Assembly: GCA_965248455.1 (NCBI GenBank)
Contig: OZ252105.1
Location: forward strand, 1,754,737 to 1,818,736
Direction of reading: 5' to 3'
DNA: 64,000 nucleotides
Source: Dehalococcoidia bacterium
GTDB taxonomy: Bacteria; Chloroflexota; Dehalococcoidia; Lucifugimonadales; Australimonadaceae
The position numbers were made by a program, and so were the translations under genes. Every line of letters starts with the position of its first letter. Position 1 is the stretch's first letter. This document shows positions 54,744-64,000 of the stretch, one piece after another. The notes below the pieces were generated by a model. The model was given only the letters and a program-made list of their open reading frames with translations. It did no database searches and was not told where the DNA came from.

Positions 54744-55202
54744 ATGGAATACGCAGGCCGGAGACGCCGCTTCTTTGGATTCGTGATTGACCTGATCGTC
54801 GTGCTCATCCTGGTGGGAATCCTCAACGCCGTTGGACTAATCGACACTTTCGCCTCCGAAGAAGGCGAGGTTGTGTCAACCGTGGACGGCCTCGTGCAGG
54901 CTGGCGTCGGTTTCGGTTACTACTTCGTGCTCACCGCCCTCATGGGAGCAACGCTTGGCAAGATGGCGCTCGGCATGAAAGTAGTAGGCGCCGATGGCAA
55001 CAAGGCCCGGCCCGGTGCCGTGCTAGTCAGAGAGCTCATCGCGAGAGCGTTAGGAGCAATCCTCAGCGCCGTCATCGGCGCGGCCATCGGCGGTATTGTC
55101 GGCGTGGCTGTCGCCATCATCATCATCATCATGATCCTGTTCGATGACAAGCGACAGGGCCTGCACGACAAGATCGGCGGCACGTTCGTGGTGAGAGCGT
55201 AG
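54744..55202 (+). CDS. RDD family membrane protein
   Basis: 152 aa. N-terminal R..FFGFVIDLIVV and C-terminal DDKRQGLHDKIGGTFVV. Confidence 0.8.
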   Translation: MEYAGRRRRFFGFVIDLIVVLILVGILNAVGLIDTFASEEGEVVSTVDGLVQAGVGFGYYFVLTALMGATLGKMALGMKVVGADGNKARPGAVLVRELIARALGAILSAVIGAAIGGIVGVAVAIIIIIMILFDDKRQGLHDKIGGTFVVRA

Positions 55203-55363
55203 TAGAAGCAACAGCGTCCCCTCGCGGGACGGAGCGCGTGGATATCGAGGCGGTGGCGCGTTCGCGCATCGAGAGTGCCACCGCTTCGTGGCGTCCATGG
55301 TGTCTGCTGAACCCTTCTGCGGGGTAGAATCTGCGCACCTGTAACACCGCCCGGGAGGTTCTC

Positions 55364-55966
55364 ATGCCTGATTTCTTCGATGTCGTTCGCAGTCAGCGCG
55401 GCACCGCCCTCTACAAGCCCGACCCCATACCCGCTGAGGATCTGACCCGCATAATGGAGGCTGCCACCCGCGCGCCCAGCGGCAGCAACCGCCAGCCTTG
55501 GCGGTTCGTCGTCGTCCAGGACCGCGAGACGAAGCGCACCCTCGGCGAGCTCTACCGCGAAGGCCAGCGACGCTCCCGGGGCTCAGCCCCCGACGCTCCC
55601 CCAGCCAACGAACCTCGGCGCTTCAACGATTCGATGGAGGATGTCCCCGTCGTCGTCATGGCCTGCGTCGAGAAGTGGACCGTCGTAGGGAACGACATCT
55701 ACCGCGGAGCGTCGATCTACCCCGCTGTCCAGAACCTCATGCTCGCCGCAGCCGCCCTTGGCATCGGCACCCGCCTCACCACCATCTGGCAGCACTGCTA
55801 CGACGAGACCGCCGCCCTCCTGGGCGTGCCTCACGATTGGCAGATGATGGCGCTGATCCCCATGGGCTATCCGCAAGCGCCGGATCACCTCGGGGGCAGC
55901 CGGCGCAAACCGCTCAGCGAGGTCGTCTACCGCGACTGCTGGGGCAACGCGGAGCCGGACGCCTAG
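55364..55966 (+). CDS. Nitroreductase family protein
   Basis: 200 aa. RAPSGSNRQPWRFVVV motif. Confidence 0.85.
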   Translation: MPDFFDVVRSQRGTALYKPDPIPAEDLTRIMEAATRAPSGSNRQPWRFVVVQDRETKRTLGELYREGQRRSRGSAPDAPPANEPRRFNDSMEDVPVVVMACVEKWTVVGNDIYRGASIYPAVQNLMLAAAALGIGTRLTTIWQHCYDETAALLGVPHDWQMMALIPMGYPQAPDHLGGSRRKPLSEVVYRDCWGNAEPDA

Positions 55967-56013
55967 CGCAGTAATTCCTCAACCGCAAGTCTGTCCTCAT
56001 CAGGAGTGCCGCC

Positions 56014-56409
56014 ATGACATACGCCGGCTTCGGAATCAGATTCGCCGCACTTATCATCGACGCCGTCGTCCTAGGGATCGTCGTCGCCATCCTCTCGCTC
56101 GTGAACATCACGAGCATCACCGACCCGAGTGCGTCAGGCACCATCATCCAAACGCTTATCAGTTTCGCCTACTACATCATATTCACAGCAACAACCGGAC
56201 AGACCCTCGGCAAGATGGCCCTGGGAATCATGGTCGTTGACGCGAACGGCGGCAAGCTAGCCATCGGAAAGGTGATCCTGCGCGAGACCATCGGGAAGTT
56301 CGTGTCTTTTGTGACACTGTTCATCGGTTTCATCATCGTCAGGTTCGATGCGAAGAACCAAGGCTTCCACGACAAGATCGCCTCGAGCTACGTCATCAAG
56401 TGTAGATAG
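56014..56409 (+). CDS. RDD family membrane protein (second, divergent)
   Basis: 131 aa. YAGFGIRFAALIIDAVVL...DAKNQGFHDKIASSYVIK. Confidence 0.8.
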   Translation: MTYAGFGIRFAALIIDAVVLGIVVAILSLVNITSITDPSASGTIIQTLISFAYYIIFTATTGQTLGKMALGIMVVDANGGKLAIGKVILRETIGKFVSFVTLFIGFIIVRFDAKNQGFHDKIASSYVIKCR

Positions 56410-56423
56410 CCGCGAGCAGGCAC

Positions 56424-56513
56424 ACGCAAGGGGCGGTTCACCTCGGCGGCAGCCGCCTCAAACCACTCAACGAGGTCGCCTACCGCGACCGCTGGGGCAA
56501 CGCGGGGGAGTGA
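56424..56513 (+). pseudogene. Orphan 3' fragment of a nitroreductase paralogue
   Basis: About 90 nt align to 55872..55966 at roughly 80% identity by eye. The corresponding frame reads ...VHLGGSRLKPLNEVAYRDRWGNAGE*, against ...DHLGGSRRKPLSEVVYRDCWGNAEPDA* in the intact gene. Confidence 0.7.
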
Positions 56514-56621
56514 GAGGAGACATACTTCGGAGTAGCGATTGCTCACCGGTCTTACCCCTGCCCTCGGAAAGTTTATCGGAGCGCGGCGGCAGAACCGTGA
56601 GGATTGCATGGAGATGCTGTA

Positions 56622-57167
56622 ATGACTGATGCACACCAACAACGCATCCTTGAGGGGATTGCCACACGGTACGACCAGCGAGTGATAGCCAATGTCCGGC
56701 GCAGCGACTACGTGGAGAGCATGGTCGCCGTGGCATTGGGGAGCGGATGGCAATGGGAGGGGGATTGGGAGTTGTGGGATCTGGCATGTCGTTCTGACGG
56801 CGTCCGCGTGGAAGTGAAGCAATCAGCGGCAATGCAGACGTGGTCCTTACCGGATGAAACCCCTAAACCTTCGTTCGATATCGCTCCTCGCCAAGGTGAT
56901 GAGAAACCCAAACGGCACGCCGACATCTATGTTTTTGCTTGGCACCCTCTCCGTGAGGAAAGCGCAGATCATCGGTGCGTGGAGCAGTGGGAGTTCTACG
57001 TCGTGGCTGAAAAGGATCTTCCGGCGAACCAGAAAACCATACGCCTTGGTCCGCTTACGCGACTCAAAGGCGCCCGTAAGGCCACATTCACCAACCTCTC
57101 TCGCGTGATATCCACGACGACCAAGGGCTTGCTCAGCCGCAAGGGAGGGGCGGAGTCCCCAACCTGA
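56622..57167 (+). CDS. Hypothetical protein with PD-(D/E)XK nuclease-like motif
   Basis: ORF 56604..57167 trimmed to MTDAHQQRIL. ...ELWDLAC...VRVEVKQS fits D...ExK. GC is lower than the surroundings by eye. Confidence 0.45.
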   Translation: MTDAHQQRILEGIATRYDQRVIANVRRSDYVESMVAVALGSGWQWEGDWELWDLACRSDGVRVEVKQSAAMQTWSLPDETPKPSFDIAPRQGDEKPKRHADIYVFAWHPLREESADHRCVEQWEFYVVAEKDLPANQKTIRLGPLTRLKGARKATFTNLSRVISTTTKGLLSRKGGAESPT

Positions 57168-57251
57168 GGGTTCAGTAAGCGAGTGAGGCTTCAACAAGCA
57201 TCAACAGGCATTGGTTCTACGAACGCGGGAGAGTGAGGCCGGGTGGGGAGG

Positions 57252-58394
57252 CTACTCCGCCATCGCGTCTGCTACGACTTGCACCTCTTCCAGGAGGGCG
57301 CTGAGCATGTCCGCCTCCTCTACTACGCGAGCCTTCTGCCCTTTGCGGAAGATGACGGCGCGACCATTGCCCGCCGCTATGCCCACGTCCGCGTCCTTCG
57401 CCTCGCCGGGGCCGTTCACTTCGCAGCCCATCACCGCCACCTTCACCGGCGAGTCCATGCCTTTCAGCATCTCGTCCACCGTATTCGCCAGCTTGCGTAT
57501 GTCCACGTCCGCCCGGCCGCACGATGGGCAGGCGACCATCTGTATGCCCTTCTTGCGCAAATCCAACGCCTTCAGTATCTCGTAGCCAACCTCCACCTCT
57601 TCGCGCGACTCATCGCTGAGCGAGACGCGGATCGTGTCGCCGATGCCGTCGTACAGCAGCGCGCCGAGTCCGATGGCGCTGCGTATCGAGCCTGAGCGCG
57701 CCGTCCCCGCCTCCGTGATGCCCAGGTGGAACGGATAGGGCACCATCCGCGCCAGTTTGCGATACGCCTCCACCGTGGTGTCTATGTCGTATGCCTTCAG
57801 CGATATCTTGATGAGGTCAAAATCCAGCTCTTCGAGCAGCTGTATCTCCCACAGCCCTGTCGCGACCATGTGATCGACGACCGAGACCTCCTCGCCCTCG
57901 CCGGAGGCGGTCGCGCCCTTGACGAGGCGGTTCACGCCGTCTGCATGGCGGTGCTGCCCGCGCGTTACGCCGATAGCCCCCACGGGAGGCAGGCTGCCGA
58001 AATTCACGCCGATGCGGATGGGCACCTGGCGCGCCTTCGCCTCTCGCACGACCACTCGCACCTTCTCAGGATCGCGGATGTTGCCAGGGTTCAGGCGCAG
58101 GCAATCGACGCCCTGATTCAATGCCTCCAGCGCGAGTTGGTAGTGGAAGTGGATGTCCGCGACGACGGGGATCGAAACCTGGCTCTTGATGGGGCCGAGC
58201 GCCTGCGCAGCCTCCATGTCCGGCACGGCGCAGCGGATGATCTCGCAACCCGCCTCTTCCAGCTCGTGGATCTGGCGAACGGTCGCCTCCACGTCGCGTG
58301 TATCCGTCTTCGTCATGGACTGAACGCTGATGGGAGCGTCGCCGCCCACCTTTACATCACCCACCCATACCGGCTTCGTCACTCGGCGTTGCAT
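57252..58394 (-). CDS. ispG: 4-hydroxy-3-methylbut-2-en-1-yl diphosphate synthase
   Basis: 380 aa. ...APISVQSMTKTDTRDV..., with the C-terminal Fe-S cysteines CPSCGR...GCEVNGPGE. Confidence 0.95.
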   Translation of the reverse strand: MQRRVTKPVWVGDVKVGGDAPISVQSMTKTDTRDVEATVRQIHELEEAGCEIIRCAVPDMEAAQALGPIKSQVSIPVVADIHFHYQLALEALNQGVDCLRLNPGNIRDPEKVRVVVREAKARQVPIRIGVNFGSLPPVGAIGVTRGQHRHADGVNRLVKGATASGEGEEVSVVDHMVATGLWEIQLLEELDFDLIKISLKAYDIDTTVEAYRKLARMVPYPFHLGITEAGTARSGSIRSAIGLGALLYDGIGDTIRVSLSDESREEVEVGYEILKALDLRKKGIQMVACPSCGRADVDIRKLANTVDEMLKGMDSPVKVAVMGCEVNGPGEAKDADVGIAAGNGRAVIFRKGQKARVVEEADMLSALLEEVQVVADAMAE

Positions 58395-58446
58395 GTCCCG
58401 CTCCTTCGATTCGCAGCCAGGCCGTTCTCCTTGCGGGCGAGCCTCC

Positions 58447-59751
58447 TTAGAAGAAGTCCGCGCCCGAGACCAGCCGCCGGATGTCGTTCACTGAGATAAT
58501 GATAACCGTCCCGATGAGTAAGGCGAATCCCGCCAGATGGACGATACGCTCTTTCTGAGGCGCAAGCCGCCGGCCGCCGCGCGCCAACTCCAGCAATACG
58601 AACGTGATGCGCCCTCCGTCCAGCGCGGGTATAGGCAGCAGGTTCACGATGGCGAGGTTGATGGAGAGCAACGCCGTCCACGTGATGAGCGGACTCAGAC
58701 CCGCCCGCGCAACGTCTCCCGTGATCTGCGCGATGCCCACCGGCCCCGCGAGCTGGATGCCGGACGAACCCGCTATCCATCTCGATACCTCGTTGCGGAA
58801 GACGAGGAGTATCTCGCCTATCTGCCTGAAGCTCGAGCCGAACGCTGAGATCGGCCCCTGCGAGCGCGACTCCTCCGGGCGCACGTCGACGGCGAGTCCA
58901 TCGAGCGCCCCCGATCCTGTATCGATGTCCAACGTCATTATGCTGCCTCTGCGCAGCACTTCCACGCGCACCGGTTCCCCCGGTTCCTCCATCACTGCGA
59001 GATCGCTTTCATGCAGAACCCGCTGTCCGCAACCGTCGTCCCAGCAGCTCGCCGGGCCTGCGCGCAGGAACAGATCACCCGACGCGAGCCCTGCACGAGC
59101 AGCCGCCGAGCCGCTCGCCGCCGACCCCACGCTCACCCGTGCATCGCTCAGCAGGAAGCCTATGGCCCCCTGCCCTTCGGGCGGAGCCACTCGCGCCTCA
59201 GCGATATGCAGTTCCCTCAGGCGCCCGCCTCTCTCGACGGTCAGCGCTACGTCCGCGCCCAGCCTGAGCTGGATGGCCCTCAGCAGGTCGGTCGAGTTAT
59301 CGATACGCCTCCCGTTCGCGATGCGCACGAAGTCGCCCGGCATGACGCCCGCAGCCTGCGCAGGAGAGTCCGGCTCGACCTGCCGCACGACGACATCCGT
59401 TATCAACACCGGCTGCGGGAGCATGAACGCCAACGTGAGCAGGAGAACCGGCAGGACGGCGTTCATCCCAGACCCTGCAACCAGGATGGCGAGCCGCTGC
59501 CATGCGCTCTTGCCTGCGAAACTGCCCGGGTGAGATGGATCCTCTTCGCCGAGCATGCGCACGAAGCCGCCGAGCGGCAGCAGGTTGAGCGTATAGTCTG
59601 TGTCGCCGCGCCTGAATCCGAACACCCTCGGCGGAAAGCCGATGCCGAACTCCAGCACCCTTACCCCCATCAGTTTCGCCACGGTGAAGTGGCCGAGCTC
59701 GTGCACGATAACGAGTACGCCAAGGACGGCGAGGAAGATGAGGATGGTCAT
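58447..59751 (-). CDS. rseP: RIP site-2 metalloprotease (M50, RseP-like) with PDZ domains
   Basis: 434 aa. HELGHF zinc motif at the N-terminus and the NLLPIPALDGG motif near the C-terminus. Confidence 0.9.
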   Translation of the reverse strand: MTILIFLAVLGVLVIVHELGHFTVAKLMGVRVLEFGIGFPPRVFGFRRGDTDYTLNLLPLGGFVRMLGEEDPSHPGSFAGKSAWQRLAILVAGSGMNAVLPVLLLTLAFMLPQPVLITDVVVRQVEPDSPAQAAGVMPGDFVRIANGRRIDNSTDLLRAIQLRLGADVALTVERGGRLRELHIAEARVAPPEGQGAIGFLLSDARVSVGSAASGSAAARAGLASGDLFLRAGPASCWDDGCGQRVLHESDLAVMEEPGEPVRVEVLRRGSIMTLDIDTGSGALDGLAVDVRPEESRSQGPISAFGSSFRQIGEILLVFRNEVSRWIAGSSGIQLAGPVGIAQITGDVARAGLSPLITWTALLSINLAIVNLLPIPALDGGRITFVLLELARGGRRLAPQKERIVHLAGFALLIGTVIIISVNDIRRLVSGADFF

Positions 59752-59761
59752 GTTCGACCTG

Positions 59762-60892
59762 CTACGTGGAACCTACCGCCGCCGCCGTCTGACGGCGCGC
59801 CCATGCGTCGGCCTCGAACACAGCCTCGGGCGTCGCCACGTCGAACGGCTCATGCTTGTCGAGTACGTCCTGCACGATGCGGTGGATGTCTCCGAAGGCG
59901 ATGCGTCCATCGAGGAAGAGGTGCACGGCCTCCTCGTCTACCGCACTGAGCACTGCCGGGTAGCTCCGTTCCTTGCTCCCCGCCTCGATCGCTGTCGCGA
60001 AGCACGGGTAACGCGCTTCGTCCAGCGCCTCGAACGTGAGCGACGGGGTCGTGATCGGGTCGTACCGGGGCAGTGTGCCGTTGGGCAGCCGCGTCGGGTA
60101 CGCAAGAGCGACCTGGATGGGCATGCGCATATCCGGCAGGCCCATCTGTGCCTTGACCGAGCCGTCGGCGAACTCGACCATCGAGTGGATGATGCTCTGC
60201 GGGTGAACGACCACCTCTATCTGCTCGAACGGGATGTCAAAGAGCCAGCGGCTCTCGATGACCTCGAACCCCTTGTTCATCAGCGTGGAGGAGTCGATCG
60301 TGATCTTCCTGCCCATCACCCACGTGGGGTGGGCCAGCGCCTCCTTCGGCGTGACGGATGGAATCTCCGCGAGGGGGCGCGTGCGGAACGGCCCGCCTGA
60401 CGCCGTGATGATGAGCCTGCGCACCGGTTCGTCCTCGCCGCGCAGGCATTGCCATATCGCGGACGGCTCGCTGTCCACCGGCAGCACCGGAGCGCCGTAC
60501 TCGACGGCGGTGCGCATCACCAGCTCGCCGGCCATCACGACGACTTCCTTGTTCGAGAGCGCCACGGCCTTGCGCTCGCGCAGTGCGTTGAGCGTCGGCA
60601 GCAGGCCCGTGCGTCCCGTGGTGGCGACCATCACGATATCGACGTCCGGCTCCGTGACCATCGCTTCCATGGGAGTGAGCGCTGCGTTGCCCAGCACAGG
60701 CGTCAGCTTGTCCGGCGGCGCGTCCGCCCAGACCATGCGCGGCGCGAACTCCGCGATCTGCGCCGCCAGCAGGTCCAGGTTGCGCCCCGCCGAAAGCCCA
60801 ACGACGCGGAACTCGTCCGGCAGCGCGCGCACGACGTCCAGCGTCTGCGTACCGATGGAGCCGGTGGATCCAAGAACTACGAGGCCTTTCAT
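59762..60892 (-). CDS. dxr: 1-deoxy-D-xylulose 5-phosphate reductoisomerase
   Basis: 376 aa. MKGLVVLGSTGSIGTQTLDVV N-terminus. Confidence 0.95.
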   Translation of the reverse strand: MKGLVVLGSTGSIGTQTLDVVRALPDEFRVVGLSAGRNLDLLAAQIAEFAPRMVWADAPPDKLTPVLGNAALTPMEAMVTEPDVDIVMVATTGRTGLLPTLNALRERKAVALSNKEVVVMAGELVMRTAVEYGAPVLPVDSEPSAIWQCLRGEDEPVRRLIITASGGPFRTRPLAEIPSVTPKEALAHPTWVMGRKITIDSSTLMNKGFEVIESRWLFDIPFEQIEVVVHPQSIIHSMVEFADGSVKAQMGLPDMRMPIQVALAYPTRLPNGTLPRYDPITTPSLTFEALDEARYPCFATAIEAGSKERSYPAVLSAVDEEAVHLFLDGRIAFGDIHRIVQDVLDKHEPFDVATPEAVFEADAWARRQTAAAVGST

Positions 60893-60971
60893 GCGGTTAT
60901 TGTACTCGCAGCAACAGTTCGCAGTCAGAACCAGCGGGACGCACGTAACTGTTCAGCAACTGTGTTGAAAG

Positions 60972-62150
<1,179 letters not shown>

Positions 62151-62177
62151 GTCCGCCGCTGCGCGGGAACGAAGGGG

Positions 62178-62805
62178 GGTCAACCCCTGGCCCCATTTGG
62201 CCCTGTTCGGCCCTGTTTACTCCTAGCGGCGAGGCTGGAAATGAGGCCAGAGTGGCCTCGTTTGGCACACCGCTTACTCGTAGGCACTGTACCAGGGTGG
62301 TCCCGTTTGTGGCCACGTTGGCCTCATCATGAGTGGCCAAGAGTGGCGAAACTTTTAAATCAGTTGCATTTCGTTGCATTTCGTTGCATTCCTTGTCGTT
62401 GTTGGTTTGGGGTTCACCCCGCTGGGGGTGAACCTCACCTCATCCTCGCTTTCTCCCCTCAAGGAGACCTTGCGTAACTGTGCCTGACGGACGTAGTTCT
62501 TCCCACCCACCCGCCCAGTATGCTTGTGGGGGACACCCCCACGCCCCCGGCAGTGGGGCATCGCCCCCTCTGCACTCCCCCATTCGAGGGGCTACGCGAG
62601 CCGCCCCTATGAGTTAAGCAACGGTCCCTCAAGGGAGAAGGGATTTGCCCGCATTCGCGGGAACGACGGGTGTTTTCGCTTAAACGACGCATACAATCAA
62701 TGTAAGGGTTGGGGCGGCGACGGCGCAATGGGCAGTTGTCGTTGGTTTGGCGTTTGGGTATGGGGGCAGGGGCAGGGATGCGAGGTTCCCGCCTGCGCGG
62801 GAACG
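62178..62805 (-). repeat. Largest A-H-(insert)-B-C element copy
   Basis: On the plus strand: C at 62178-62330; B core GAGTGGCCAAGAGTGGCGAAACTTTTAAAT with iterons at 62361-62390 (reverse complement AATGCAACGA x2 / AATGCAACTG); a ~245-bp insert containing CCCTCAAGGGAGAAGGGAT hairpins; H at 62645-62672; A at 62690-62740 (reverse complement TTGCGC at 62723-62728 and TTACAT at 62700-62705); and a second H at 62778-62805. Confidence 0.85.
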
Positions 62806-62837
62806 ACGGACGCCTCTCGAAGTCTGAACAGTTACCG

Positions 62838-63206
62838 TCAGTTGATGCCGCTTGCGCGTTGCAAGGCGCGAACGTACTCGATTATCTCGCTCACCTGCTC
62901 CTCGGAGACGGACGGCACCGGCGGCATGTCGCCGAAGAACCAGTGGTGGGCAGGGACGCCCTCCCGCACGGCGCGTTGGAAGGCGGCGTCTCCGTGGTGG
63001 CCAGGCCGGTAGATGGGACTTATGAGCGTCGGCCCTTTGTCGGAGCCTGCTGCGTTTGCGCCGTGGCAGCCCGCGCAGTTCACAGCGAACAGCTGCTCGC
63101 CTCCCTCCGCCTGGGATGGGAGGTTCGACTGGATCAGCCACCAGAGGCCCGCCGAAGCGAGAAACACCGCGACCAACATGCCCGCTATCAGGTAACGCCC
63201 GCTCAT
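62838..63206 (-). CDS. Membrane-anchored class I c-type cytochrome
   Basis: 122 aa. N-terminal TM helix, then the CAGCH haem motif. Confidence 0.8.
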   Translation of the reverse strand: MSGRYLIAGMLVAVFLASAGLWWLIQSNLPSQAEGGEQLFAVNCAGCHGANAAGSDKGPTLISPIYRPGHHGDAAFQRAVREGVPAHHWFFGDMPPVPSVSEEQVSEIIEYVRALQRASGIN

Positions 63207-63242
63207 ACACCGCCTCCTCTCGTTCTGCTTACCATCGAAGGC

Positions 63243-64000
63243 TCACCACGCAAGGCTCGCGTAGTAGACGAGGGGGAACACCGGCACGAGGCTATCGAGG
63301 CGATCGAGGAGCCCGCCGTGGCCGGGGATGAGGCGTCCGGAGTCTTTGACGTTTGCCAGGCGTTTCATCTTCGATTCCAGCAGATCGCCGGCCTGCGAAA
63401 CGACGCCGATGCCCACACCAAGCCCCACCGCGAGCCAAACGCGGCTCTCTATGCCGTCCAGCAGGTACACGAGGCCGATCGTCGCGCCAACCGCCCCTGC
63501 CAAGCCGCCTATCGAGCCCTCCCACGTCTTGCCCGGTGATATGGACGGCACGAGCTTGTGCCGTCCGATGGCCTTGCCGACGACGTAGGCGCTCGTGTCC
63601 GTGGCGAACGTGGCAAGGAACGCCAGCAGCACCCATTGCAGGCCTGCGTCGCCCAGCCTCGTGAGCACGAGTGCGGCAAGCGACAGGGCAACGTAGCAGA
63701 CGCCCAGCGTCGCGAGCGACCATCCACGCCATGCGCCGCCCGGGCCGCGCGCAACGATCGCCGTGAGCCCCAGGACGAGGGCGCCTGCAGCGAGCGCGGC
63801 CAGCATCAGGAGCCCGTCCACAATGGCGAGCGCGACCACGATGCCACCCCAGAGCGCGGCTCCCCTCACGAACGAGGGTTGCCAGCCCGCCTGACGTTGG
63901 AGCGTGAGCAGTTCGTTGGAGGCGATCAGCGCGGCTATCGCGGCAGCGCCCGCTATCCACGGCCCGCCCGCCCAGAGGATCAGCGCGAGCAGCGGCAGGC
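63243..64000 (-). CDS. cdsA: Phosphatidate cytidylyltransferase (partial, N-terminus beyond the window end)
   Basis: ORF 63243..63869 carries SPGKTWEGSIGG and GDLLESKMKRLANVKDSGRLIPGHGGLLDRLDS. The same frame stays open and hydrophobic up to position 64000 (...LPLLALILWAGGPWIAGAAAIAALIASNELL...). Confidence 0.85.
   Translation of the reverse strand, partial: LPLLALILWAGGPWIAGAAAIAALIASNELLTLQRQAGWQPSFVRGAALWGGIVVALAIVDGLLMLAALAAGALVLGLTAIVARGPGGAWRGWSLATLGVCYVALSLAALVLTRLGDAGLQWVLLAFLATFATDTSAYVVGKAIGRHKLVPSISPGKTWEGSIGGLAGAVGATIGLVYLLDGIESRVWLAVGLGVGIGVVSQAGDLLESKMKRLANVKDSGRLIPGHGGLLDRLDSLVPVFPLVYYASLAW

Overview
High-GC bacterial chromosomal window (about 60-65% GC by eye). Gene content and the 23S sequence suggest an aerobic, possibly Chloroflexota-like organism; no search was possible, so this is unverified.

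Contents, left to right:
- Iron-related cluster: imelysin-like gene, DUF1111 di-haem cytochrome, imelysin, bfr and bfd.
- Isoprenoid/squalene operon dxs - polyprenyl synthase - hpnC - hpnD. Downstream sits a panD + two methyltransferase cassette bracketed by 213-bp direct repeats of the hpnD 3' end.
- A 298-bp-period tandem array of three tRNA-like genes, followed by a low-GC islet with a frameshifted trypsin-like protease.
- A four-gene segment (enolase-superfamily enzyme, cupin, amidohydrolase, 931-aa CARDB/HExxH lipoprotein) bracketed by ~370-bp inverted copies of a complex repeat.
- Fic gene, a GlcD/GlcF-fusion oxidase, and a two-methyltransferase + PD-(D/E)XK + Ada-Zn locus.
- thpR - mug-like - amidohydrolase operon, hicAB, and proBA.
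- A portal-less phage head-module remnant (TerL, prohead protease, HK97 capsid).
- Class I fba, a CaCA antiporter, a DEAD-box helicase and a caa3-type cytochrome oxidase operon.
- A stand-alone 23S rRNA with its own promoter, followed by initiator tRNA, with no 16S or 5S in the window.
- RDD / nitroreductase / RDD genes.
- ispG - rseP - dxr, separated from cdsA by an IS110 element, repeats and a cytochrome c gene.

The most unusual signal is a modular intergenic element family (modules A-H-B-C) at about ten loci. It combines a promoter-like box, GC hairpins, three 10-bp phased iterons with copy-specific cores, a conserved TTTAAAAGTTTGCCACTCC box and a ~170-bp GGCCAC-rich tail. Copies almost always point at the next transcription unit. 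I do not recognise it as a described element.

Many long ORFs in the track are antisense or high-GC artefacts and were not called.
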